Assembly (NCBI GenBank): GCA_039630415.1
Contig: JBCNVB010000012.1
Span: 1-59,023, forward strand
Length of the DNA stretch: 59,023 nt
Source of the DNA: a bacterium
GTDB lineage: Bacteria; DRYD01
Direction of reading: 5' to 3'
Below are positions 11,339 to 22,720 of the stretch, in pieces. The stretch's first letter is position 1. Each line of letters opens with the position of its first letter. The position numbers were made by a program, and so were the translations under genes. The notes under the pieces are model-generated. The model had not been told where the DNA came from. It did not search any database and saw only the letters and a program-made list of their open reading frames with translations.

Positions 11339-11863
11339 TTATTTATCATTTATCACATTATTCTGTAAACTAGGTAATAATGCTAATGTCTGCGTACTGT
11401 TAAAAATCTTCTCAATATTTTCTAGTCTTTCTAACATGGAAACCATATATGCTTTAGTTTCAGATACTAACATACATCGTAGATCAATTAATTTTTTTAT
11501 ATCTTGTACTAGGTTATTTATAACTCTTTCACAATCTTCTTTTATTTTTTCCGCTTGCATCTGAGCTTTACTTATTATATACTTCGCTTCATTATGCGCC
11601 TGATATTTTATATCTTCTGCTAGTTTCTTTGAGGTTATTACTGATTCATTTATTATATTTTCCATTTTCTTGTACGTCTCTAATTCTTTTTTTAAGAAAT
11701 CTAACTGGTTTTTTAGTTCCATATTTTCCTTCCATATTCTGGTATACTCGAATTGAATATGCTCAAGAAATTCATCTACCTCCTGAGTATTATAACCTCT
11801 AAAAGAAATCCTGAACTTTACTCTTGATATATCAGAAGGTGTTAATAGTGGAAAATCTTTCAT
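11339..11863 (-). CDS. divIVA: DivIVA family protein
   Basis: LTPSDI...F...[13 protein letters not shown] followed by a coiled coil. Confidence 0.92.
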   Translation of the reverse strand: MKDFPLLTPSDISRVKFRISFRGYNTQEVDEFLEHIQFEYTRIWKENMELKNQLDFLKKELETYKKMENIINESVITSKKLAEDIKYQAHNEAKYIISKAQMQAEKIKEDCERVINNLVQDIKKLIDLRCMLVSETKAYMVSMLERLENIEKIFNSTQTLALLPSLQNNVINDK

Positions 11864-11997
11864 ACGGATAATCTTTTTCTTCCTTTTAATCTCCTATTTT
11901 TTATTATTCTTCTTCCTGACTTTGTAGACATCCTGGTTAAAAATCCATGTTTCTTTTTTCTCTTTCTATTGTTGGGTTGGTAAGTCCTTTTTGGCAT
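11860..11997 (-). CDS. rpmH: 50S ribosomal protein L34 (not in the ORF track)
   Basis: Manual translation [45 protein letters not shown]; the stop overlaps the divIVA start (ATGA). Confidence 0.96.
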   Translation of the reverse strand: MPKRTYQPNNRKRKKKHGFLTRMSTKSGRRIIKNRRLKGRKRLSV

Positions 11998-12038
11998 TCG
12001 TTTTACCCCCTTCTTGCTTAATACCCCATTGAGTATAA

Positions 12039-13496
12039 CTATTGTCTCGAGAGAATTTCTATCGCTTTCATGTACTGACTATCTTTCTCGGTATATAGTT
12101 GGTTTTGACTAAGATTTTTACTTACAACTTCATAGTCCAAATATACTCTCTCCTTGTATATATCCCTTTCTGATATAGTAAAAAACTTTCCTATAGTTAG
12201 TTTTAATGCACCTCTATCAATTAAGTTATACAATGTTTGAACAGTATTTTTTCCATAAGTTTTTTCTCCTATTATAATTAAATCGTCTTTGAGATAATCC
12301 TTTAGAGACTGAGCTAATATTTCTGAAGCACTGGCTGTATAACCATTAACTAACAAAACAACTTTTGAAAAATTGATTTGTTTTTGATGCTTAGTATAGA
12401 AATACTGTTGCTGATTATTTTTTTGCTTCAATATAACCCCTATTTTATTTGGACCAATAAAATAGGAAAGTATATTTATAGCTTCTTCTAATACCCCACC
12501 ACCATTATTTCTCAGATCTATTATAAATGATGAAGGGTTATTCATCTTTACATAATGATCTAAAAATTCTTTCGACGTATTCTCACTAAAGCTTTTTATC
12601 ACAAAAACTACATATTTATTTTTTTCAAAACTCTTAACACTTTTTATTTGTATTATCTTCCTTATTATCTCTAGCTCTATTATTTGATTTTCTCTTCTGA
12701 GAGTTAGCTTAACTTTTGTATTTTCGGGTCCCCTAATCATTGATTGAACAGTATCTAAAGAAAGATTTGTTATGTCAATATCATCAACTTTTATAATCCT
12801 ATCCCCTGCTTTGATTCCACTCCTTTGAGCAGGTGAATCTTCTATTACTTCAGTTATTATTATTTCCCCTTGATCTTTGTTATCTCTAAACATTACTACT
12901 CCTATTCCACTAAAATTACCTCCTTGTATGTTTTCCTTGAAAATTCTATACTCCCTTGGCCCCATATATGAAGTATACTTATCTAATGCAGAGCAATAAG
13001 ATTGAATAACAAATTTTAAGTACCCCTCCTTAGTCCTTATACTGTTATAAAAATTGGTGTACAACTCTTTATAAGAAGTGCTTATATTTTTCGAATCTAA
13101 CGCTTTTTCAATATCAACTTGCGAATTTATAATTTGGTTAAAAAGTTCATTATAGTAATTTTCAAACTGATTAACTTGTTCTTGAATATTTTGTGAAGAT
13201 ACTTGGTATAGCTTTGTTTTCATTCCAACATACGTAGTAGCACGGTATATCTCTTTTAATGTTTGATTCAATTTATCTTTCAAATTTATGTCTTCAACAA
13301 AGTATTTATACGAATATGCTAATATTTGCCTAAAAAGTTCAAATGATGTTGTACCTATATCCACTTGTTGGTTTTTTGAAGTTTGAATATTATTCGAGCT
13401 TTGAGCAATAGAGTGTTTATTCAATCCAATCCAAATTGTTACTAATATCAAAGTTGTGGTAAATATTATGAAGCTAATCAATCTTCTGTTTTTCAT
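12039..13496 (-). CDS. C-terminal processing peptidase, S41 family, with PDZ domain
   Basis: FSGIG, PDZ ([12 protein letters not shown]), [19 protein letters not shown]. Confidence 0.9.
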   Translation of the reverse strand: MKNRRLISFIIFTTTLILVTIWIGLNKHSIAQSSNNIQTSKNQQVDIGTTSFELFRQILAYSYKYFVEDINLKDKLNQTLKEIYRATTYVGMKTKLYQVSSQNIQEQVNQFENYYNELFNQIINSQVDIEKALDSKNISTSYKELYTNFYNSIRTKEGYLKFVIQSYCSALDKYTSYMGPREYRIFKENIQGGNFSGIGVVMFRDNKDQGEIIITEVIEDSPAQRSGIKAGDRIIKVDDIDITNLSLDTVQSMIRGPENTKVKLTLRRENQIIELEIIRKIIQIKSVKSFEKNKYVVFVIKSFSENTSKEFLDHYVKMNNPSSFIIDLRNNGGGVLEEAINILSYFIGPNKIGVILKQKNNQQQYFYTKHQKQINFSKVVLLVNGYTASASEILAQSLKDYLKDDLIIIGEKTYGKNTVQTLYNLIDRGALKLTIGKFFTISERDIYKERVYLDYEVVSKNLSQNQLYTEKDSQYMKAIEILSRQ

Positions 13497-14389
13497 CTTT
13501 GCAATATCTCGTCAAATTCTTTTATTTTTTGAACTACTTTTTGTATTATCCAGTCAGGTGTTGAAGCACCTGCTGTTATACCTACCTTATCTTCTTTTCT
13601 AAACCACTCTATTTTTAAATCCTTATCGTTCTGAATATGGTAAGTTCTTGGACAATAACTTTTGGCTATTTCATATAGCTTTATTGTATTTGAACTATGT
13701 TTACCACCTATAACAATTACTATATCTACATTTGGAGCAAGTTTATGAATCGCTCTCTGATTCTCGTCCGTTGCATAACATATAGTTTTAAAATATCTTA
13801 CTTCAGGTATAATTTCAATTAGATAATTCAGTATTTCCCTAACCTTTTCTATTTTCTCAGTAGTTTGTGTTACGATTCCTAATTTTTTTATCTTATCAAA
13901 TTTACCTTCCTTCTGAAGTAATTTAACTTCTTCTAGATTCTTTACCACGAAGTAAGGAACATCTCCATAGATATACCCAGTAACTCCTATTATTTCCGGA
14001 TGGTCTTTATTTCCTATTATAAGTATAGGATAACCTTCTTTGGAGAGTTTTTCTACTATTCTATGCACTCTCATAACATAGGGGCACGTACCATCTATAA
14101 CTTCTAGTCCTTTAATTTTAAGCTCCTCAATAATTTTTCTTTGTGCTCCATGAGTTCTTATTATTACTTTTCTAGGTAAATCTTGCTTTGAAGTAAGATC
14201 TATTTCTTGAACATTATTCACATAACTTATACCATTTTCAGAGAGATACTTGGTTAGATCTTCATTATGAATAATTGGCCCATAGGTTATGACATTTTTC
14301 TCTTTATTTTCAATCATTTTCATAGCTATATCAACTGTTCTTTTAACACCAAAGCAAAAACCCATTTTTTCAGCAAGTACTATCTCCAT
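13493..14389 (-). CDS. ispH: 4-hydroxy-3-methylbut-2-enyl diphosphate reductase
   Basis: GFCFGV, IIHN, RTHG, DGTCPYV, HPE, QTT, TIC, SSNT, GITAGASTP. Start placed at ATG 14389 behind GGAGG. Confidence 0.95.
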   Translation of the reverse strand: MEIVLAEKMGFCFGVKRTVDIAMKMIENKEKNVITYGPIIHNEDLTKYLSENGISYVNNVQEIDLTSKQDLPRKVIIRTHGAQRKIIEELKIKGLEVIDGTCPYVMRVHRIVEKLSKEGYPILIIGNKDHPEIIGVTGYIYGDVPYFVVKNLEEVKLLQKEGKFDKIKKLGIVTQTTEKIEKVREILNYLIEIIPEVRYFKTICYATDENQRAIHKLAPNVDIVIVIGGKHSSNTIKLYEIAKSYCPRTYHIQNDKDLKIEWFRKEDKVGITAGASTPDWIIQKVVQKIKEFDEILQR

Positions 14390-15377
14390 TTTTTGCCTCC
14401 AAATAATGTTTTTCTTGTAAAACCTTGCCTTGGGATTTGATTTCATTAATAAGAACTTGTATTAGTGATTTATAATCATAATTTATTTTGAATCCAGCTG
14501 CTTTTTTATGACCCCCTCCTCCAAACTTCCTAGCTATACTTTCCACATCTATACTCCTTGATCTCATACTAACCCTACAAAATGATGGTTCTACTTCGAA
14601 AATTACAAAGAAAGTTTCTCCCTGCGAAACAAAAGAAATATTCTCAATAACATTATTTAGATCCCCTCTTTTAAACCCTAATTTTTCCAACTCCTGTAAA
14701 TCATCAAAACTGAGATAACTATATACAATTTCATCATACCTATCAAGGTTTCGATAGATAGTAGAAAGCATCTTGTAGTATTCAAACGATCTTGATCTTA
14801 TTTTTCTTATTATACTATTCCAATCAACATAGTTTCTTAACTCAGAAAGCATACACAGTGTTTTACTTGTTAGATTATTGTACGATAATACTCCAGTATC
14901 GGATATAACTCCCATAACCAAATAATACGCAATATCAGAATCTATAGGAATACCTGTTTGTTTTATAATATCATACAAAACCTCATTAACAGAGCTAGAA
15001 TCCACATCAACATAGTAGTAGTTACCAAATAAATCATTTGAAAAATGATGATCTATATTGATAATTATTTTTGAGTCAGTATTACCCACAACCTCTTTGA
15101 ATCTATTAAATGAACCTACTTCAACAGCTATTATACAATCAAAATTCTGAACGTCTACAGAATTTACCACATCACAGAATAAATCAGAATATTGACTAGG
15201 AATTGGATCTTTGGAATATAATACAGGCTTCTTAGCAAAATATCTATTCAAAAGAAACTGAATAACCTTCATAGCACATAAACAATCCAAGTCAGGATTA
15301 GGATGAGCTACTAAAAGAACATTTTTTACTCTTATAAACAACTTTCTCAGTTCAAAAAAGTTTATGTTAGTTTTCAT
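14370..15377 (-). CDS. DHH/DHHA1 bifunctional oligoribonuclease/PAP phosphatase NrnA-like
   Basis: HPNPDLD, IDHH, SDTG, SMRS, GGGGHKKAAG; start uncertain (15377 or 15401). Confidence 0.88.
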   Translation of the reverse strand: MKTNINFFELRKLFIRVKNVLLVAHPNPDLDCLCAMKVIQFLLNRYFAKKPVLYSKDPIPSQYSDLFCDVVNSVDVQNFDCIIAVEVGSFNRFKEVVGNTDSKIIINIDHHFSNDLFGNYYYVDVDSSSVNEVLYDIIKQTGIPIDSDIAYYLVMGVISDTGVLSYNNLTSKTLCMLSELRNYVDWNSIIRKIRSRSFEYYKMLSTIYRNLDRYDEIVYSYLSFDDLQELEKLGFKRGDLNNVIENISFVSQGETFFVIFEVEPSFCRVSMRSRSIDVESIARKFGGGGHKKAAGFKINYDYKSLIQVLINEIKSQGKVLQEKHYLEAKNGDSTC

Positions 15378-15669
15378 GTTTTTTCCTGGGCTTGCTTTCA
15401 ATCAATTCGTTAATTTCATAAGAAACAAAGATTCTTATCATACAACTATTGTTGTTTTTATCTTGCACTAGGTTTGCATTAACTACCCTCAAACTATTTT
15501 GCTCCTCCCCCCTCTCAAATTCATAGTATTCCTTATTTACACTGTCAATAAAAATTATTTGGATATTTTTATCACCTAGATCTTCGTTATTTCTTATTTT
15601 ATTTAGAGCTATTGGTAGAGGGAGGGATACCAAACTATCTAGAAAAAGCTGAGTTAGTATAGAACTCAT
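15367..15669 (-). CDS. Hypothetical protein
   Basis: 100-aa ORF at the head of the minus-strand block; no recognised motif. Confidence 0.55.
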   Translation of the reverse strand: MSSILTQLFLDSLVSLPLPIALNKIRNNEDLGDKNIQIIFIDSVNKEYYEFERGEEQNSLRVVNANLVQDKNNNSCMIRIFVSYEINELIESKPRKKHEN

Positions 15670-15785
15670 CTTACATCCTTACTCTAATCAACTTCTACAA
15701 GATTCATACTTCTCCTGCAAAAAATAATTGAAATATTATTTTACACAAGGTTAAACCATTTTAAAAGTAGAATCTCATTATAACG

Positions 15786-16832
15786 ATGTATTTAGAAAAA
15801 CTTCAAAAACTTTCTATCTACCTGTTGTGGACTATACTATTGATTTTGCTTTACAAAACTAGCTTGTTCTTTATCGATATATTATCAATATACTTTATAA
15901 CTTTGTTCCTTTCAATTGTGATCAAACCACAAGTAGATCAAATAACAAATAAAATAGGAATATCAAGAGATTTTGCAACTCTCATCATAATACTCCTTTT
16001 CTTCGGATTTATAATAACTCTTATTCTTATTCTTATCCCAAGTATATACGAATCAATAAAAGATATAGCCAAAACACTTCAAGAAAATATAAACTCAATA
16101 TTCATATCATCTATTAACTTTTTTAACAATTACTTATACTTCTTAGGTACCAAAATTAACTATAGCGAAGTATATCAGAATATACTAAATCAAATTAATC
16201 AAAATATCCCCAAAATACTAGAAAGAATGATAGATATATTTTTAGGCGGATGGAAAATCATATTCAATATACTGCTAGTAGCAGTTTTAACCTTTTACAC
16301 CATAAAAGACTACGAAAAAATAAAAAGCTATAAAGCTAAGCTGGTCAGTAAAATATTTAATATCCCTATAAGCAATCTGGAAAGTATAATTTCTGAATCA
16401 GAAACAATAATTAGAAAATTCATACTTGGACAAATATTTGCTGCAACGTACATATTTCTGTTTACTCTAATATCATTATATCTTTTTAATGTTAAGCAGT
16501 ATTTTATAGCAGCCCTTATAGCAGGAATTTTTGAATTAATACCCTTCATAGGAGCTTTCGTAGCATTCACTATCTCCATTATCTTCTTACTCAATAAGGG
16601 AATTATACCCGTTCTGACCTTCATAATCATTGCTACTATAGCTTATCAAATACTAGCCAAAATAATATATCCTAACATAGTTGGAAAAATTCTTAACCTC
16701 TCTGTTATAACTGTTCTTATTTGTATTTTAGTAGGTTTTAAACTATATGGAATATTTGGAATGTTTATAGCTGTTCCCACTATTTCAATAATTAAAAATA
16801 TCGTAGATAAAAAACTTAATAATGATAAATAA
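15786..16832 (+). CDS. AI-2E family transporter
   Basis: Multi-TM; FILGQ, ELIPFIGAF, YPNIVG, GIFGMFIAVP signature. Confidence 0.88.
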   Translation: MYLEKLQKLSIYLLWTILLILLYKTSLFFIDILSIYFITLFLSIVIKPQVDQITNKIGISRDFATLIIILLFFGFIITLILILIPSIYESIKDIAKTLQENINSIFISSINFFNNYLYFLGTKINYSEVYQNILNQINQNIPKILERMIDIFLGGWKIIFNILLVAVLTFYTIKDYEKIKSYKAKLVSKIFNIPISNLESIISESETIIRKFILGQIFAATYIFLFTLISLYLFNVKQYFIAALIAGIFELIPFIGAFVAFTISIIFLLNKGIIPVLTFIIIATIAYQILAKIIYPNIVGKILNLSVITVLICILVGFKLYGIFGMFIAVPTISIIKNIVDKKLNNDK

Positions 16833-16842
16833 CCTAAAAGTA

Positions 16843-17385
16843 TTAAAAGTAAACACTAATAATTACCGGCAAAACTAAAAAAACATAGTTCTGTTCAGAT
16901 TCGAGAAATTTATGAACAGTTAAGTAGTATTGCTCTTCTACTAAACCTCTAATCTCTTTAGTTACACTACAATAAATTTCATCAACACTATCAACAAGAC
17001 TATAGTGTAATAGCCCTCTTCTCTTTAGCTGTAACAGTTTACCATTAATACTTTCAAAAACTATATTGCCGAAAAATTTACTCAAAGTACCTATAGTTCT
17101 TATTTTCCATACATTATAGAAATTATCGTTAAAATTGTAAGCTAACACTAAAGAATTAAAAGTACTCTTTTTAAGTTTGAATATAACATTGGATTGATGA
17201 ATAAAATCCCACTCTGCTCCCCCCAAAAGAGAAAAACTAACCATGTTGATAATACTAGAACCAATATTTCTAGCAAATCTATTCTTTATGATAATAACTT
17301 TTTCTTTTGTAATAGCATCAATAATTTCGCCTTCTTTATTAAGATTTCTTATCATCACAATAAAATTATTCTTAACTGAAAACAT
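16843..17385 (-). CDS. Hypothetical protein, possibly LURP-one/tubby-C-like fold
   Basis: Beta-rich body ending in one hydrophobic helix; coupled to the upstream gene (TAATG). Confidence 0.45.
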   Translation of the reverse strand: MFSVKNNFIVMIRNLNKEGEIIDAITKEKVIIIKNRFARNIGSSIINMVSFSLLGGAEWDFIHQSNVIFKLKKSTFNSLVLAYNFNDNFYNVWKIRTIGTLSKFFGNIVFESINGKLLQLKRRGLLHYSLVDSVDEIYCSVTKEIRGLVEEQYYLTVHKFLESEQNYVFLVLPVIISVYF

Positions 17386-18461
17386 TAAAACTTTCTGTCT
17401 ACCAGGTAATTCAAAATAACTTTAATAACATTCTTGGATATTTCATCAAAAGTTAGTTTACTAAGTACCATTTCTAATTCTTTTAAATCCATCAATTCTT
17501 TTGCTTTCTTTAACGATAAATCAATAATTTGACTGTTCTTACTGATTGTTTGATTTATCCTTTTTAGAAAATATGATGGATTGCTTATCCATGTTCTCTG
17601 TAATTTTCTTTTGTTACTAGAGTTTTTGAGAATAAGTATTAGTGGGTAAGTTACCCTGCCGCTTAGAATATCATTGTTAGAATCTTTCTTTAAGATACTC
17701 TGGTCTTGTACATAATCAAGAACATCATCTACAATTTGGAAAGAAATTCCATACCTATCAAATAAACTATCTAAATGGTTAGCTAAGTTATAATCGTAAG
17801 ATATTCCTAAAATTTGACATACTAAGTAATATGCACTTTTAGCTATCGCTCCAAAAAGTACACCCGTCTTCAAAGAAAGTATTTTCAAATAATCACTCTC
17901 ATCTAAAAAGATATTAAATCTGTTTTGATATTGCAGTATCTCCCCAAAACACATATTTTCAAGTGCTTGCATTAAAAACCTGGAAAAAACAGGATCTATA
18001 TCATAAGCTCTATTAAGAACTGATATAATTAATACATCTCCGAATATGATTGCCCCATCAACTCCAAACTTAACATGAACAGCTGGTTTACCCCTCCTCT
18101 TTTTAGCATTATCGAGTATATCATCATGAACTAAGGTAGCAGTATGAGCTAATTCAAATATAGCACCCAATCTAAATATTTTATCCCATTCCTCCACCTT
18201 TAACTCGTATCCCCTACCCCTTAACATACCTAATACAAAACAATAAAAAAAGGACGATCTTATCATCTTGCCAGTGTAAATCATATAATCATTGATTCTT
18301 TTCACCAGCCAATTCTTTCTATCAAAATCCGTCAAAATAGATATATACCTACATGTATACGAATTTAAAGAACTTATGAAACCAATTAATTCCTTATCCG
18401 AATTTATAAACCTGTAGCTATTTAAAAATTCAATATCCTCGATTGATTGAATGCTATGCAT
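17385..18461 (-). CDS. Polyprenyl diphosphate synthase
   Basis: FARM motif LVHDDILD..KRRG, LKTG, SARM motif FQIVDDVLD. Confidence 0.92.
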   Translation of the reverse strand: MHSIQSIEDIEFLNSYRFINSDKELIGFISSLNSYTCRYISILTDFDRKNWLVKRINDYMIYTGKMIRSSFFYCFVLGMLRGRGYELKVEEWDKIFRLGAIFELAHTATLVHDDILDNAKKRRGKPAVHVKFGVDGAIIFGDVLIISVLNRAYDIDPVFSRFLMQALENMCFGEILQYQNRFNIFLDESDYLKILSLKTGVLFGAIAKSAYYLVCQILGISYDYNLANHLDSLFDRYGISFQIVDDVLDYVQDQSILKKDSNNDILSGRVTYPLILILKNSSNKRKLQRTWISNPSYFLKRINQTISKNSQIIDLSLKKAKELMDLKELEMVLSKLTFDEISKNVIKVILNYLVDRKF

Positions 18462-20217
18462 TGTAAATATTATCCAGCTTATTTTTGATCTCAGAGATAT
18501 AATTGGTTACTTGTCCTATATCCAAATCTAGAGTAATTTTTTCAAATAGATTAGAGTTACCATTTAAAGTTTTAGGAAATAAGGAATTAACCTTAATTTC
18601 TACTACATTGTCTTTAATTTTGGAACCTACAACTACACAGATTGGTATACCTAGCAGTTCCCAATCTTTGAATTTGGTTCCAGGTGATTCAGACCTATCA
18701 TCCCACAAGACCTCGATTCCTCTCATATTCAATTCCTGATATATTTTCTCAGAAATAGAGTACTGTTTTTGATCATCTACGTTTATAGTCAGGATGTAAA
18801 CTAGGAAAGGAGCTGTATTATAGGTCCAAACCGTCAAATTTTCCGTTGAGTAAGCTTCTAGAATTGCTGATACTAGCCTACTAACACCTATGCCATAACA
18901 GCCCATTATCATTGGTTTTAGTTTCCCATTTTTGTCAGTGAAGTAAGCTTCTAAAGGCTCACTATATTTCGTACCTAGCTTAAAAATATGTCCTAACTCA
19001 AGTGCAGGAAATAAACTATACCTACCACCACATTTACAACACAAATCCCCATCTTCTACACTAGATAAATCAGCGAAATCGTCTATCTTTATATTATCAA
19101 AATCTACCCCCCTATAGTGATAATCTTTCTCATTAGCTCCAATAACAGCATCTTTTATATTTATTATCGAATAATCAGCTATTATTTTTAAACTATTCTT
19201 ATTTTCCAATCCTATGGGTCCAATAAAACCTAATTCACTACCTAGCTCTTTGAAATGTTTCTCTGAGGCCATTTCGGGTTCAAATCCCAAATACATCAAT
19301 AACTTTATTGGATTAATTTCCTTATCACCTCTTACAAGAACCAGAAAATAGTTTCCACTGTATGTGTATAGAATACTCTTTATAAACTTTTCATGCCCAA
19401 CTCCCAAAGAATTAACTAATTCATCCACTGTTCTCAAATTGGGAGTGTGTATTTTTTGTATGTTTTTGTTGGTAGTATAGTTGTATTGTATAGAAGGCAT
19501 TTTTCTCATAGCTATTTCAGTACTTGCAGAGTAACCACAAGAAGTACATTTTACAAACTTATCTTCACCTGCCTTTGTAACAACCATGAATTCGTGTGAT
19601 ACATCTCCACCTATCGGACCTGAGTAAGCTTCCACAACCTCTACAGGTATTCCTAATCTCTTGAATATTCTCATATAAGCATCATAAACATCTTGATAAG
19701 TTTTATCTAAACATTCCCAACTGGTATGGAAACTATACAAATCTTTCATTATGAACTCTCTTGCTCTTATTAATCCCCCCTTGGGACGTATCTCATCTCT
19801 GAATTTAACTTGTATTTGATACAGCAATAAAGGTAAATTTTTATAACTCTTAACGTACTTAGAGACAATATCTGTTACTATCTCTTCATGAGTAGTTCCC
19901 AGTACCATTTTGGTACCCTTCTTATCTTGAAACTTAAACATTACATTATCCATCGTGTTCCATCTGTTAGTCTTTTCCCAAAGTTCAGATGTATGAATTG
20001 CAGGCATTAAAATCTCAAAAGCTCCTATTCTATTCATTTCTTCTTGAACTATTTTCCATATCTTATTCAATACTCTAAATCCTATTGGTAGGAAGTTATA
20101 AATCCCTGCTGCATGTTGGTAAATAAAACCTCCTCTTACTAGAGTTGAGTGGCTTATGTTAATTGCACCCGTAGGTTTTTCTTTTGAAGTAAATAAAAAG
20201 TACTTAGTGTATCTCAT
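18454..20217 (-). CDS. proS: Prolyl-tRNA synthetase (bacterial type with INS editing domain)
   Basis: THEE, QVKFRDEIRP, REFIMKDLYSF, GFIGP, ELGHIFKLGTKYS, MGCYGIG. Confidence 0.97.
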   Translation of the reverse strand: MRYTKYFLFTSKEKPTGAINISHSTLVRGGFIYQHAAGIYNFLPIGFRVLNKIWKIVQEEMNRIGAFEILMPAIHTSELWEKTNRWNTMDNVMFKFQDKKGTKMVLGTTHEEIVTDIVSKYVKSYKNLPLLLYQIQVKFRDEIRPKGGLIRAREFIMKDLYSFHTSWECLDKTYQDVYDAYMRIFKRLGIPVEVVEAYSGPIGGDVSHEFMVVTKAGEDKFVKCTSCGYSASTEIAMRKMPSIQYNYTTNKNIQKIHTPNLRTVDELVNSLGVGHEKFIKSILYTYSGNYFLVLVRGDKEINPIKLLMYLGFEPEMASEKHFKELGSELGFIGPIGLENKNSLKIIADYSIINIKDAVIGANEKDYHYRGVDFDNIKIDDFADLSSVEDGDLCCKCGGRYSLFPALELGHIFKLGTKYSEPLEAYFTDKNGKLKPMIMGCYGIGVSRLVSAILEAYSTENLTVWTYNTAPFLVYILTINVDDQKQYSISEKIYQELNMRGIEVLWDDRSESPGTKFKDWELLGIPICVVVGSKIKDNVVEIKVNSLFPKTLNGNSNLFEKITLDLDIGQVTNYISEIKNKLDNIYNA

Positions 20218-20223
20218 AATAGT

Positions 20224-20958
20224 TTACTGTGCAGTTACAATTGATTCGTATTTCCTAATTCTTTTACCTTTTGATTCTAAGAATTTAGGCATATCAAATC
20301 TTCTAGTTTTTGAAATTTCTTTATTTTTCATGTATAGAGCTCCCGTAGGACAAACCATAACACATTTTCCGCAATTTATGCATGTTTTTGATTCACCCCA
20401 ATTATTATCCAAATCAATCATAATCCTAGCTGTACTTCCCATACCTTTAACATCTAACGTATGCGGACCAGCATATTCATGACATACCCTAATACATCTG
20501 AAACAAAGTATGCATCTGTTATGATCCATAACATACAACTTATGAGTTTCATCTACACCCCAAGTACCTTCAAAGTATTCTATCTCCTTACCCTGGATTT
20601 GAAAAATTTTATACTTCCAATTTTGCAGATCGCAGCATCCATCTGCTAAACATACATAACAAGGATGAGGTCTATCTCCAAATAAAAACTCAGTTAAATA
20701 CTTTCTATATGTCCTTAACCTTGGCGTATTTGTAAATATTTCCATACCTTCTACTGGCTTGGTTATACAGGAAGAAACTGGTCTTTTGTAGCCTTTGACC
20801 TCAACTATACACATTCTGCAAGCTCCTATCGGTGTTAAACCATCTAAATGACAACCAACAGGAATATATATTCCCAAAGAACTGATTATTGTGTATATGG
20901 ACTGACCTTTTTGCTCTTCTGATAATATCAATTCTTTCTCGTCAATAAATATCTTCAT
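20224..20958 (-). CDS. hoxU: HoxU-like Fe-S subunit (bidirectional NiFe hydrogenase diaphorase small subunit / NuoG N-terminal family)
   Basis: 2Fe-2S ligands (CH..GACRMC..C), HxCxxC..C cluster, DHNRCILCFRCIRVC, WGESKTCINCGKCVMVCPTGAL; 244 aa, the size of HoxU. Confidence 0.8.
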   Translation of the reverse strand: MKIFIDEKELILSEEQKGQSIYTIISSLGIYIPVGCHLDGLTPIGACRMCIVEVKGYKRPVSSCITKPVEGMEIFTNTPRLRTYRKYLTEFLFGDRPHPCYVCLADGCCDLQNWKYKIFQIQGKEIEYFEGTWGVDETHKLYVMDHNRCILCFRCIRVCHEYAGPHTLDVKGMGSTARIMIDLDNNWGESKTCINCGKCVMVCPTGALYMKNKEISKTRRFDMPKFLESKGKRIRKYESIVTAQ

Positions 20959-20985
20959 ATTTTCCTCCCTTGGTTTCTTTTATCT

Positions 20986-22689
20986 TTAAATTTCTATTAT
21001 CTGTAGATACTCGATAATTGATTTAGAAAATGAGTTAAGACTAATAATGTTTGGATTAACACTGTATTTTTGGATTATATATTCAAAGGCTTTAGGTATA
21101 TTTTTAATAACTTCAGTTGGAGTAACACTGTATACAGTGCGATCTTTTCTTGATATTTGTGCCGATAAACCATGTATAAAGACGGCTGTTTTGGCAGCTT
21201 CCAGTATTATATCCTCAAACTTATTATTCAGGGTATAAAATGAAGCAGCAGTCAAGGCTGAGATTATTCCCGCCAAAACATCTCCACTACCAGCCTTAGC
21301 CAAACCTATCCCATTTGTTATATTTATATAAACATTGTCTACTTCATCATAGTAGCATATGAAAGTAGGGTTACCCTTGGAAACGATTATACTATTTGGA
21401 ATTAAACTAGCTAGTCTTGATGAATTATTAAGTCTGTCAATATCTTCAACCAATGATACTTTAACCTTGGAAGATACTTTGGTAAAGAAACTACTTAATT
21501 CACCACTATGTGGAGTAAGAATAATTCTTTTCAGATTAGTTTTAAAATCATTTTTGTTCTTAATGAAATAGTCATAGAACATATGTATCCCTGTACCGTC
21601 CACCACCAAAACACCCTTAAAGTTAGAAACTATGTGTTCAAGAATTTGATTATTGATAGAATTATTCTCTATCCCATTACCGAATAGGATAGTGTTAACT
21701 CTTTGATAAAGATTTTCAAGTTGTTGTTTATAGTTAGTTTTGTCATAATATTCAACTATTTCTTCTTGTGTTTTAGAAGCTATTATGTTATGAATTGATT
21801 TATCAACTAGAAGATATACCATACCTGCATTAGTAGCAAAGGCTGCTTTTGAAGCCAAAACTGGAGCTCCTGTATATCTATAACTACCACCTACTATTAA
21901 AACATTACCTAACTTGGTTTTATTATAGTTGGGGGGGAAATAATTTAATGAATCCGCAACTTCAAAAGGAAGTATTACGTTAATATTGGGGTTATCTTTT
22001 TTATCTATGTTATATGGGATTGAGATATTAGCTACAATTAATTTACCAACATAAAGATAGGCAGGATACAAAAATAAACCTGGTTTGGGATAAGCAAATG
22101 TTACAGTACACATAGCTCTAATAGGCTCAGAAGCAAAAAATTTACCCGTATCTACATCTAGACCACTAGGAACATCAACGCTTATAATTCTACTTCCAAA
22201 CCTATTTACATTCTGAATAATCTTATCATAAAATTTACCTACATCTGTTTTTATCCCTATTCCTACTAGGGCATCTATCAAGAGAGAATTGAAACCTAAT
22301 TCAATTGTTAGCCTTTGAATAAATTCTTCCTCTGCTTTTTGTTCATCTTCAGCTTCTTCTAGGTAGTAAATTGGTATTCTTAGATTTTTTATTATATTAA
22401 ACTGTGTAAGTGTATCAGATTTGAGTTTACTTACTTTTGAGGCGACAAATACTTTTACGGGTATATTTCTCAAAAATAAGTGTCTTGCTACAACCATTCC
22501 ATCTCCACCGTTGTTTCCACTACCACAGAGAACTATTACTCCACCTCTGGCTAAATCCATGTAATTATTGTAGATAACTTCTACTACTGCCAGCCCTGCA
22601 TTCTCCATCAAAATAATTGATGGTATTTTTAGCTTTTCTATAGCATATTTATCGGTTTCTTGCATTTGTTTACGTGTTAATATTTTCAT
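20986..22689 (-). CDS. nnr: Bifunctional NAD(P)H-hydrate epimerase/dehydratase
   Basis: LMENAG, GSGNNGGDG, DVPSG, GGSYRYTGA, LTPH.GE, AGSGDVLAG. Confidence 0.92.
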   Translation of the reverse strand: MKILTRKQMQETDKYAIEKLKIPSIILMENAGLAVVEVIYNNYMDLARGGVIVLCGSGNNGGDGMVVARHLFLRNIPVKVFVASKVSKLKSDTLTQFNIIKNLRIPIYYLEEAEDEQKAEEEFIQRLTIELGFNSLLIDALVGIGIKTDVGKFYDKIIQNVNRFGSRIISVDVPSGLDVDTGKFFASEPIRAMCTVTFAYPKPGLFLYPAYLYVGKLIVANISIPYNIDKKDNPNINVILPFEVADSLNYFPPNYNKTKLGNVLIVGGSYRYTGAPVLASKAAFATNAGMVYLLVDKSIHNIIASKTQEEIVEYYDKTNYKQQLENLYQRVNTILFGNGIENNSINNQILEHIVSNFKGVLVVDGTGIHMFYDYFIKNKNDFKTNLKRIILTPHSGELSSFFTKVSSKVKVSLVEDIDRLNNSSRLASLIPNSIIVSKGNPTFICYYDEVDNVYINITNGIGLAKAGSGDVLAGIISALTAASFYTLNNKFEDIILEAAKTAVFIHGLSAQISRKDRTVYSVTPTEVIKNIPKAFEYIIQKYSVNPNIISLNSFSKSIIEYLQIIEI

Positions 22690-22720
22690 CGTTTATAACC
22701 CCCAAATATTTGTTAAGTAA

